Shown: positions 14,424-21,778 of the stretch, in pieces
Layout: every line of letters starts with the position of its first letter
Position numbering within the stretch: the stretch's first letter is position 1
From: Erysipelotrichaceae bacterium HCN-30851
GTDB lineage: Bacteria > Bacillota_I > Bacilli_A > Erysipelotrichales > Erysipelotrichaceae
DNA: 24,000 nucleotides
Reading direction: 5' to 3' (one strand)
Assembly: GCA_037892765.1 (NCBI GenBank)
Contig: JBBKBW010000025.1
Program-made: the position numbers and the translations under genes
The notes under the pieces: generated by a model
The model's database searches: none
What the model saw: the letters and a program-made list of their open reading frames with translations, nothing else
Told to the model about the DNA's origin: nothing

Positions 14424-15335
14424 ATGGGAAAAGTATTGATAATTGTTGGACCTACTGGAGTAGGAAAAACAAGTTTAAGTGTAGAATTGGCAAAACAGTT
14501 TCATGGAGAAGTTATTAGTGGTGATTCCATGCAGGTATATAAAGAAATGAGTATTGGTACTGCGAAGATAACACCAGAAGAAATGCAGGATATACCTCAC
14601 TACTTAATTGATTTTTGTTCTTTTACTGATGAATATAACGTAAAAATATTCCAGGAAGAGGCGAGAAAAGAAATAAAAAACATTACAGATAGAAAGAATC
14701 TGCCTATCATTTGTGGAGGTACTGGTCTTTATATCAAATCCTGTATCTATGATTATCAATTCTTAGACCAAGAAGAAGATAGTGATTTTATAAGCTTTTT
14801 AATGAAAAGAAGTCCAGATGAATTATGGGGATTATTAAATATTGTGGATCCTAAAGCATGTGAAAACTTACATCCTCATAATCGTCAAAGATTAATCAGA
14901 GCATTGTCTATGGCACATTCTGGTAATAAAAAAAGTGAAATTGTAGATAAACAGGAGCATAAACCAATTTATGATGCTTACATCATTGGTTTAACAATGG
15001 ATCGAGAACGTTTATATGAAAGAATTAATTTACGTGTCGATCAAATGATGGAACATGGTTTACTACAGGAAATAGAAGGTTTAGTAAAAGATCAGCCAAA
15101 TGTATGGGATTTACAAAGCTTTAAAGGAATAGGCTATAAAGAATGGAGACCCTATTTTGAAGAAAATGCAGATGTAGAAACCTGTGTAGAAAGTATTAAG
15201 AAAAATTCTCGTAACTTCGCAAAACGTCAGTATACCTGGTTCAACAATCAAATGCAGGTGCAGTGGTATGATATAGAAGAAGAGAATTATAAACAGAAAA
15301 TTATAGAAGATGTGAAAGCATGGATGGAGAAATAA
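14424..15335 (+). CDS. miaA: tRNA dimethylallyltransferase MiaA (i6A37)
   Basis: P-loop GPTGVGKTSLSVELAK, SGDSMQVYKEMSIGTAK, GGTGLY and a RQ.TWF-type C-terminus (RQYTWFNNQ). It starts 3 nt after the mutL stop. Confidence 0.95.
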   Translation: MGKVLIIVGPTGVGKTSLSVELAKQFHGEVISGDSMQVYKEMSIGTAKITPEEMQDIPHYLIDFCSFTDEYNVKIFQEEARKEIKNITDRKNLPIICGGTGLYIKSCIYDYQFLDQEEDSDFISFLMKRSPDELWGLLNIVDPKACENLHPHNRQRLIRALSMAHSGNKKSEIVDKQEHKPIYDAYIIGLTMDRERLYERINLRVDQMMEHGLLQEIEGLVKDQPNVWDLQSFKGIGYKEWRPYFEENADVETCVESIKKNSRNFAKRQYTWFNNQMQVQWYDIEEENYKQKIIEDVKAWMEK

Positions 15336-15336
15336 G

Positions 15337-16065
15337 ATGGAAACACCTTTACAAAGAATGGAACTTCTTATAGGAGAAGAAAACCTAAAAAAATTAAAAG
15401 AAAGTACCGTAATGATTGTTGGTGTAGGCGGTGTAGGCTCTTATGCTGCAGAAGCACTTGCAAGAAGTGGAGTTGGAAAATTAGTTTTAGTAGATGGAGA
15501 TACAGTAGCACCATCAAACTTAAATCGTCAAATTCATGCAGTATTTGCGACAATCGGTAAGTCAAAAACAGAAGTGATGAAAGAACGTATCGAGAGTTAT
15601 CGTGATGATTGTACGGTTATACGTAAAGATATGTTCTACAATGAAGAGGCAAATGATCAATTATTTGATGTAGAAGTAGATTTTGTAATCGATGCGATTG
15701 ATACAATGAGCAGTAAACTTGCATTAATTAAATATTGTAAGGAACATAATATTCCATTTATCAGTAGCATGGGGATGGCAAATCGTTTAGATCCTACAAA
15801 GGTTGAATGTTGTGATTTAATGAAAACCAGCTATGATCCTGTGGCAAAAATAATGCGCAATCTAGTCAGAAAACACCATATTAAAGGAAAAATTCCTGTT
15901 GTGTTCTCTAAAGAACAGCCAAGCGTGCAAACAAAAGTAATCAACGAAAATGGAGTCACAAGAAAACAAAAGATGCCACCGGCAAGTTCACCTTTTGTAC
16001 CTTCTGCTGCAGGTTTAGCTGCCGCATCCTATGCGATGAATATTCTGTTACAGAAAGGAAAATAA
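15337..16065 (+). CDS. tcdA: tRNA threonylcarbamoyladenosine dehydratase (ThiF/E1-like, TcdA/CsdL family)
   Basis: 242 aa. It has a ThiF-type Rossmann motif (VGVGGVGSYAAEALARSGVGKLVLVDGD), NLNRQ, and SKLALIKYC..IPFISSMG. Size and motifs fit TcdA rather than ThiF or MoeB. It starts 1 nt after the miaA stop. Confidence 0.8.
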   Translation: METPLQRMELLIGEENLKKLKESTVMIVGVGGVGSYAAEALARSGVGKLVLVDGDTVAPSNLNRQIHAVFATIGKSKTEVMKERIESYRDDCTVIRKDMFYNEEANDQLFDVEVDFVIDAIDTMSSKLALIKYCKEHNIPFISSMGMANRLDPTKVECCDLMKTSYDPVAKIMRNLVRKHHIKGKIPVVFSKEQPSVQTKVINENGVTRKQKMPPASSPFVPSAAGLAAASYAMNILLQKGK

Positions 16066-16066
16066 T

Positions 16067-16849
16067 ATGAATAATGAAACATTGGAAGTAATTCATAATA
16101 GAACATCACTTAGAGTATATGATCCTAAACCATTAACACAAGAGGAAGAAGATGTCATCATTCAAAGTGCTATGCAGGCACCAACAGCTGGGAATCAGAT
16201 GTTATATTCTATGATCATTATTCGAGATCAGGAGAAGAAGAAAAAACTAAGTAAATTATGTGATTATCAAATGTTTATTCAATCTGCACCATTTGTAGTA
16301 GTATTTGTGGCAGATCATCATCGCTGGTTTGATTATTATCGAATGAATGGTGTGAAACGATATGCAGAAAAACATGGCATGAAATTTCAATCACCATCTG
16401 TAGGAGATTTAATGTTGGCAATTGAAGATGCTATGTGTGCTGCACAAAACAGCGTAATAGCGGCAGAGTCTTTAGGTATAGGTTCTTGTTATATTGGAGA
16501 TATCTTAGAGAATTATGAAACTATAAAAGAACTATTGGAATTACCAGAAGAAACATTTCCTATAGCTATGTTGTGCTATGGACATTATAGAGAAGAACAT
16601 CAAAAAGTATTTAGAAAACGTTTTGATAGAAAATACATTGTATTTGAAGACAGCTACAAACAACTAAGCAATATGGATTATGAGCACATGTTTGAAGAAC
16701 GAGCAGAAAGAGAATTTTTATCTCAAAATAAGTTTGCGGCTAAAAATTATGCACAGCAGTTCTATGCTAGAAAAACTGGAGCATCCTTCAGTAAGGAAAT
16801 GAATAGAAGTGTAAAAGAAGCTTTAAAAGAATGGATGAAAGAAGAATAG
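16067..16849 (+). CDS. Nitroreductase-family flavoprotein (NfsA-like with C-terminal extension)
   Basis: 260 aa. N-terminal IHNRTSLRVYDPKPLTQEEEDVIIQSAMQAPTAGNQ and AAESLGIGSCYIG are typical of the nitroreductase fold. It starts 1 nt after the tcdA stop. Confidence 0.85.
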   Translation: MNNETLEVIHNRTSLRVYDPKPLTQEEEDVIIQSAMQAPTAGNQMLYSMIIIRDQEKKKKLSKLCDYQMFIQSAPFVVVFVADHHRWFDYYRMNGVKRYAEKHGMKFQSPSVGDLMLAIEDAMCAAQNSVIAAESLGIGSCYIGDILENYETIKELLELPEETFPIAMLCYGHYREEHQKVFRKRFDRKYIVFEDSYKQLSNMDYEHMFEERAEREFLSQNKFAAKNYAQQFYARKTGASFSKEMNRSVKEALKEWMKEE

Positions 16850-16867
16850 TAGATCCATTCTTTTTTG
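16828..16867 (+). terminator. Terminator of the mutS-nitroreductase operon
   Basis: AGAATGGAT (16828-16836) pairs with ATCCATTCT (16853-16861), with a 16-nt loop, followed by TTTTTTG. The 5' arm lies inside the 3' end of the nitroreductase gene. Confidence 0.6.
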
Positions 16868-16873
16868 TGTTTG

Positions 16874-16930
16874 TCGATAAAAATATGTATATATGCATTT
16901 TTTTATCGATAATTTTATGCATAATTGCAT
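16874..16930. promoter_or_regulatory. Cluster of palindromes upstream of the ATPase gene
   Basis: Inverted repeat TCGATAAAAA / TTTTTATCGA (16874-16883 / 16900-16909). Dyad ATGCA-TAAT-TGCAT (16917-30) overlaps the -35-like TTGCAT. An extra ATGCAT lies at 16894-16899. Confidence 0.3.
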
Positions 16931-16955
16931 ATTTTTGTAGAAGAAGTGATATAAT
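16925..16955 (+). promoter_or_regulatory. Promoter candidate for the ATPase-ribokinase unit
   Basis: TTGCAT (16925-16930), a 19-nt spacer, then the extended -10 TGaTATAAT (16947-16955). SD TAGGAGGAAG precedes ATG 16986. Confidence 0.4.
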
Positions 16956-16985
16956 AAAGAAAAAGATAATTAGGAGGAAGATATA

Positions 16986-18305
16986 ATGGATAGAACCATA
17001 CTGGATAATTTAAAAAAATGGAGAGATAAAAAAAATAAAAAACCTCTTATTATTAAAGGTGCAAGACAAGTAGGAAAAACTTATATTATAAGAGAATTTG
17101 CTAAGGAATGTTATAGCGATATTGTAGAGATAAATTTTGAAAGAGATTTAGACTTTATAAATGTTTTTAAAACATCTCATAATCCTAAAGATTTATTAGA
17201 ATATTTTCAAATTACTTTTATGGATAAAAATTTTGATTCTAATACTTTAATTTTTATGGATGAAATACAAGCATGTTCAGATGCTCTTACTTCATTAAAA
17301 TTTTTGGCAGAAGATTTCCCATGCGATATCATTTGTTCAGGAAGTGCTTTAGGTGTAGCAATTGCGAATACTACATCATATCCAGTAAGATATGTAGAAA
17401 CATGGGAAATGTATCCAATGAGCTTTATAGAATTTCTTCGCGCTTACGGAATAAACGAAGCAATCATAGACAAAATTAGAGAAGCAGTTATTAACTTAAC
17501 GCCAATTTCAGAAATTTTGCATGAAAAGATGAATGATTTATTTAAAACATATATGTTAATAGGGGGAATGCCTGAAGTAGTTAAAACATATTTAGAGACA
17601 AAATCTTTATATGAAGCATTAAATATACAGCGGGCTATTGTAGATGATTATATTAAAGATATGGTCAAATATGCTAATAATACAGATGCAATGAAAATTA
17701 GAGAATGTTTTTCTTCGATACCTTTACAGTTAGCAAAAGAAAATCAGAAATTTCAATATAGTGTGGTAAAAAAAGGTTATAATGCAAGGTATTATAATAA
17801 TAGTTTACGTTGGCTAGAAGATAGTGATTTAATAATAAAAGTTCATCGTATATCAAATATTCAATATCCTTTAAAAGGACAGGTTGAATTATCGGTATTT
17901 AAAGTGTTTATGGCAGATGTTGGATTATTTATTTCTCAACTGGAAGATGGAGATATAAGAAAAATAGTAGCAGGAGAGATGGGTATATATAAAGGTGCAA
18001 TATATGAAAATATTGTAGCGCAAATTTTAAAAAGTCACCATAAATCTAGTTACTACTTTGAACCAAGTCAAACTTCAGAAATTGATTTTATCATTGAATA
18101 TAGAGGAGAAATTTCTCCAATAGAAGTAAAAGCAGGGAGAAATACAGCATCTATTTCATTTAAAAACTTTATTCATAAATATGAACCTAAATATGCATTT
18201 CGTTTTTCTCAGAAAAACATAGGAAAAGATGATGCGAATAATGTTTGTTATTTTCCTTTATATGCTATTGATTTTGTATTAGAGAATGAAGGGAGAATTA
18301 TATGA
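16986..18305 (+). CDS. P-loop ATPase with C-terminal PD-(D/E)XK-like nuclease domain (AAA_14 + DUF4143 family)
   Basis: 439 aa. Walker A is GARQVGKT, Walker B is LIFMDEIQ, and FMADVGL is typical of DUF4143. The C-terminal EIDFIIEYRGEISPIEVKAG gives a D-x12-E-x-K nuclease signature. The family name is from memory. Confidence 0.85.
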   Translation: MDRTILDNLKKWRDKKNKKPLIIKGARQVGKTYIIREFAKECYSDIVEINFERDLDFINVFKTSHNPKDLLEYFQITFMDKNFDSNTLIFMDEIQACSDALTSLKFLAEDFPCDIICSGSALGVAIANTTSYPVRYVETWEMYPMSFIEFLRAYGINEAIIDKIREAVINLTPISEILHEKMNDLFKTYMLIGGMPEVVKTYLETKSLYEALNIQRAIVDDYIKDMVKYANNTDAMKIRECFSSIPLQLAKENQKFQYSVVKKGYNARYYNNSLRWLEDSDLIIKVHRISNIQYPLKGQVELSVFKVFMADVGLFISQLEDGDIRKIVAGEMGIYKGAIYENIVAQILKSHHKSSYYFEPSQTSEIDFIIEYRGEISPIEVKAGRNTASISFKNFIHKYEPKYAFRFSQKNIGKDDANNVCYFPLYAIDFVLENEGRII

Positions 18306-19195
18306 AAAATACGAGAGTATTAAATTTTGGATCTATTAATATTGATTATGTATATAAGGTAGATCACTTTGTACAAAAAGGAGAAACAATTTCTTCTTCT
18401 AATTTGAGTATTTTTAGTGGAGGAAAAGGTTTAAATCAATCCATTGCGTTAAGTAGAGCAGGTGCTGATGTTTATCACGCAGGAATAGTTGGCATTGATG
18501 GTACATTTCTTATTGAACAGTTAAAGGAAGCGAAAGTAAATACTGACTATATTTATATCTCAGATAGTATAAGAACAGGAAATGCGATTATTCAAAATGA
18601 TAAGAAAGGTGATAATTGCATTCTCTTATATGGTGGCGCAAACAAGTCTATTACTTCAGAAATGATTAACAAGACTTTAAGTTACTTTAAAAAAGATGAT
18701 TGGTTAGTTCTACAAAATGAAATCAATGAAATACCTTATATTGTGGAAAAAGCACATGAGATAGGAATGAAAATTGTACTAAATCCTTCTCCTATGAATG
18801 ACGCAATATTTGATATTAATTTAAATTATGTTGACTGTTTTATTATGAATGAAATAGAAGCTCAGCAATTGATTCAAGAAAAAGATAATCATCAATTAGA
18901 AAGAAAATTAATTGAGAAATATCCAAATGCTGAAATTATTGTGACTTATGGTGAAAAAGGTTCTTTATATATAAATAAAAACAAAAGGATAGAACAGGAT
19001 GCTTATAGAGTAGATGTTGTCGATACGACTGCGGCAGGAGATACATTTACTGGATATTATTTAGCACAAAGAATAAAGAATCAAGATATTAAAGAAGCAT
19101 TAGATACAGCATCTAAAGCTTCTGCAATAGCTGTTTCAAGAAAGGGAGCATCTCCTTCAATTCCTATTCAAGAAGAGGTAGCTAACTTTGAATAA
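18302..19195 (+). CDS. rbsK: Ribokinase (PfkB family)
   Basis: 297 aa. Landmarks: NFGSINIDYVY, GGKGLNQS (the GGKG.NQA motif), the anion-hole/catalytic DTTAAGDTFTG, and AVSRKGASPSIP. The ATG overlaps the upstream stop (ATGA, 18302-18305). Confidence 0.8.
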   Translation: MKNTRVLNFGSINIDYVYKVDHFVQKGETISSSNLSIFSGGKGLNQSIALSRAGADVYHAGIVGIDGTFLIEQLKEAKVNTDYIYISDSIRTGNAIIQNDKKGDNCILLYGGANKSITSEMINKTLSYFKKDDWLVLQNEINEIPYIVEKAHEIGMKIVLNPSPMNDAIFDINLNYVDCFIMNEIEAQQLIQEKDNHQLERKLIEKYPNAEIIVTYGEKGSLYINKNKRIEQDAYRVDVVDTTAAGDTFTGYYLAQRIKNQDIKEALDTASKASAIAVSRKGASPSIPIQEEVANFE

Positions 19196-19277
19196 ATTAA
19201 AATATGCTAATTTAATAAAAGAAAATTCAAAATAATCGGGCACATTTTATATCATAAATATATCATTTTATAACAAG

Positions 19278-19325
19278 AAAAAAAGCATGTAAAATCGCAA
19301 TAATACGCTAAATACATGCTTTTTT
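19278..19325. terminator. Bidirectional terminator between the convergent ribokinase and ATPase/PD-(D/E)XK genes
   Basis: AAAAAAAGCATGTA (19278-19291) pairs with TACATGCTTTTTT (19313-19325). The A-run and T-run allow termination in both directions. The loop is 21 nt, which is large. Confidence 0.6.
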
Positions 19326-19376
19326 AGACTATATCAATTTAGAATTCTAATCCCTATTTTTCATTATGATGAATAT

Positions 19377-21014
19377 TTATCTTTCTTGCCATTCAATGAT
19401 TGCATCTTTGCCATGATGCGCTAGACCGATATAGATTACTTTCCCCTGCAGTCCTGCATCATATTGTTTTTCTCTGATTTGTTCTACAGCTTTTTTAGCA
19501 TTTTTCTTAAGTCCATCTTTATCCATATCTTCCTTCAGGTATTTGAACTCAAATATATAAGATGGCAGGCTATTTTTCTTCGCTTTTAGAATGATATCAG
19601 CTCTACCTTTTCCTTCTTCTTTGTTACTGATGATTTCATAGTCATTGTTCAGCCATGCACACATTCCTAAGAATAGGACATGATAACTGTTTTCATCTTT
19701 TAAATCATGATAGGATGGCAGAGTGAGTAAAATATTCTGGTATTTATCAATGAAATCCTCTTTTCTCAAGCGCCTTAATGCATTAAACAATCCATTTAAG
19801 TCGGTTCCTGTGACATTTAAATAGAAAGCTGTCAAACTTTGGAACTCTTTTTGAACTTCCTGATTCGGAATTCTTAATACATATTCGCCTTCTCCTATAA
19901 TTTCATCAAGTGTCAGATATCCTGCATTCACCAGCAATCCCCATAGGTTTTCAGTAATATTTACCTCAAAGAAACTGGTTTCCATATAGACGGTCGTTTC
20001 TAGCTTTCCTGTCTCTATCAGTTTCTCATAGCCTCTGTCGAAAGAACTGTCTCTGTCTTCCATGGCCTTTCTTATCATCATGTTACTGCTCGTATTGACC
20101 CAGTATGGTTCTAATATCTTTCTAGATGCATAATTAATAATCGACCATGGATTATAGATTTCGAAATCTCCAAAATGATAGCCATCATACATCTGTTTGA
20201 CTTCATCATTTAATTTTAAGTCGTAATACTCCAATAATCCTTTAGTTTCTTTTTCTGTAAATCCAAAATATTCAGCATATTCCTTATCTTTTACAGTACA
20301 TACCACTAAATTATTTAAATCGCTGAAGATATTTTCTTTTGCGACTCTTTGAATACCAGTAAGCATGGCATATTGTAGACTACCTGATGTCTTTAAGGCA
20401 TTATGTAGCATACTTGCCAGACCGCTTCTTATCTCATCATAAAAGCCATTCACATGTGCCTCGACAAATGGAGTATCATATTCATCAATGAACACCATGA
20501 CTCTTTTTCCATAATACTTTTCCATACGCGACATCAGAAAAGATAAAGCGTTGCTTACATTATTTATGTTTCCATCATTGACAGATAATAAGCTTTCCTT
20601 AATATTTTTATATTCGTCTTCTTCAAATTCAGTCATTTCTGCTTTCATTGATATAGATAGCCTATCATATTCATCACGTAGCTGATATTTTATATTTTTT
20701 ACCAAATCTGCCTTATCGCCTTTCGCATTCGCAAAAGATATAAAAATTGTAGGATATTGATTGATTTCAGAAGCGTATTCCGTCTTCATGATAGCTGTAT
20801 CTTGAAATAATTCTCTAGAATCTTTTGTAATATCAAAGAACTCTGTCATCATCGACATATTGATGGTCTTTCCAAATCGTCTTGGTCTTGTAATTAAGGT
20901 AACTTCATTTCCTCTTTCTAAAAAATCTGCTATCATAAGTGTTTTATCCACAGTATAATATCTCTGTTTCATCTTCTCATAGCTTTTTAAACCGACTGGA
21001 ATTGGTTTCTTCAA
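19377..21014 (-). CDS. AAA-ATPase-like / PD-(D/E)XK nuclease fusion protein (PF09820 + PF08011/DUF1703-type family)
   Basis: The N-terminus KKPIPVGLKSYEKMKQRYYTVDKTLMIADFLERGNEVTLITRPRRFGKTINMSMM is the family signature. It has a Walker-B-like VMVFIDEYD. The C-terminus ENSYHVLFLGMCAWL..ISNKEEGKGRADIILKAKKNSLPSYIFEFKY gives D-x15-E-x-K. The ORF track starts at GTG 21023, but that GTG is part of the SD GAGGTGG; TTG 21014 lies 5 nt after it and gives MKKPIPVG, which fits the family better. Confidence 0.85.
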   Translation of the reverse strand: MKKPIPVGLKSYEKMKQRYYTVDKTLMIADFLERGNEVTLITRPRRFGKTINMSMMTEFFDITKDSRELFQDTAIMKTEYASEINQYPTIFISFANAKGDKADLVKNIKYQLRDEYDRLSISMKAEMTEFEEDEYKNIKESLLSVNDGNINNVSNALSFLMSRMEKYYGKRVMVFIDEYDTPFVEAHVNGFYDEIRSGLASMLHNALKTSGSLQYAMLTGIQRVAKENIFSDLNNLVVCTVKDKEYAEYFGFTEKETKGLLEYYDLKLNDEVKQMYDGYHFGDFEIYNPWSIINYASRKILEPYWVNTSSNMMIRKAMEDRDSSFDRGYEKLIETGKLETTVYMETSFFEVNITENLWGLLVNAGYLTLDEIIGEGEYVLRIPNQEVQKEFQSLTAFYLNVTGTDLNGLFNALRRLRKEDFIDKYQNILLTLPSYHDLKDENSYHVLFLGMCAWLNNDYEIISNKEEGKGRADIILKAKKNSLPSYIFEFKYLKEDMDKDGLKKNAKKAVEQIREKQYDAGLQGKVIYIGLAHHGKDAIIEWQER

Positions 21015-21041
21015 ATTGACCACCTCATTTTCTTCTTCTAT

Positions 21042-21050
21042 TATACCATA
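21042..21050 (-). promoter_or_regulatory. Extended -10 (TGgTATAAT) for the ATPase/PD-(D/E)XK gene
   Basis: The reverse complement of 21042-21050 reads TGGTATAAT, about 28 nt upstream of the TTG start. Confidence 0.45.
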
Positions 21051-21263
21051 TGTTCTTATATTATATTTGTTTTGTAAAGCATTTTCTTTCTTTGTCCATG
21101 CAATTAGAATTATGTATGAAAGTGAAAAAAACAGAAGCAGTGATTTCTTACAAATATCGTTGCTATGGGATATAAAACAGAAATTTCTTATATGTATTCT
21201 TTAAACCATGCTTTAAACCTATGGTACATCATACAAGATAAGTATTTGCTATTTTTAAATAAG

Positions 21264-21293
21264 AGGATTATCCTAAAGTTAGGAGGAAAATCC
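21264..21293 (+). promoter_or_regulatory. Nested dyad/hairpin containing the core TCCTA-AAGT-TAGGA, directly upstream of the cupin gene
   Basis: AGGATT (21264-21269) pairs with AATCCT (21288-21293) around the inner TCCTAA/TTAGGA (21271-21276 / 21279-21284). The core TCCTA-N4-TAGGA is shared with the three dyads of the PTS locus. The flanks differ (TATCCTA / TAGGAGG). Confidence 0.35.
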
Positions 21294-21316
21294 TAAATAG
21301 AAAAGAGGTAATGATA

Positions 21317-21748
21317 ATGAAAACAATGAATAAAGAAGAATTTAATAATATGAATGTATTTGGATTAGGTAATTCTAATGATGCTTATGCTCAATATTTT
21401 ATTGGACAATCATATTTAAATCCGCTAACAGATTCTAATTGTCCTGTTGCTTTGGCAAACGTTACTTTTGAACCAGGTTGTAGAAACAATTGGCATATTC
21501 ACCATGCGAAAAGTGGTGGTGGACAGGTTCTAGTATGTACAGCAGGTGAAGGCTGGTATCAGGAAGAAGGAAAAGAACCAGTTAGTTTACAGCCAGGAAG
21601 TGTAATTTATATTCCAGCAGGAGTAAAACACTGGCATGGCGCTAAAAAAGATAGCTGGTTTAGTCATATTGCGTTTGAAGCACCAGGAATTGATTGTAGT
21701 AATGAATGGTGTGAACCGGTTACAGACGAAGAATATAATGCATTATAA
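21317..21748 (+). CDS. Cupin-domain protein
   Basis: Cupin metal motifs NWHIHHAKSGGGQVL and IPAGVKHWHGA. The ORF track starts at ATG 21311, only 2 nt after GAGG (21305-21308). ATG 21317 has 8-nt spacing and is preferred. Confidence 0.8.
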   Translation: MKTMNKEEFNNMNVFGLGNSNDAYAQYFIGQSYLNPLTDSNCPVALANVTFEPGCRNNWHIHHAKSGGGQVLVCTAGEGWYQEEGKEPVSLQPGSVIYIPAGVKHWHGAKKDSWFSHIAFEAPGIDCSNEWCEPVTDEEYNAL

Positions 21749-21778
21749 GATCAAACTTAATACATCGGAGCTTTACTA

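Noticed and set aside
16922-21108. Shared 9-mer TAATTGCAT upstream of both ATPase-nuclease genes (16922-16930 on +; complement of 21099-21107 on -)
   Set aside because: A single AT-rich 9-mer shared twice in 48 kb of two-strand sequence is not clearly beyond chance, and the surrounding bases do not align. I noted it only as something a motif search could revisit.
15368-21204. ORFs 15368-15565 (-), 17273-17479 (+) and 21016-21204 (+)
   Set aside because: The first two are shadows inside tcdA and the ATPase gene. The third lies over the promoter and 5' region of the ATPase/PD-(D/E)XK gene, lacks an SD and has an implausible F/I/L/S-rich sequence.
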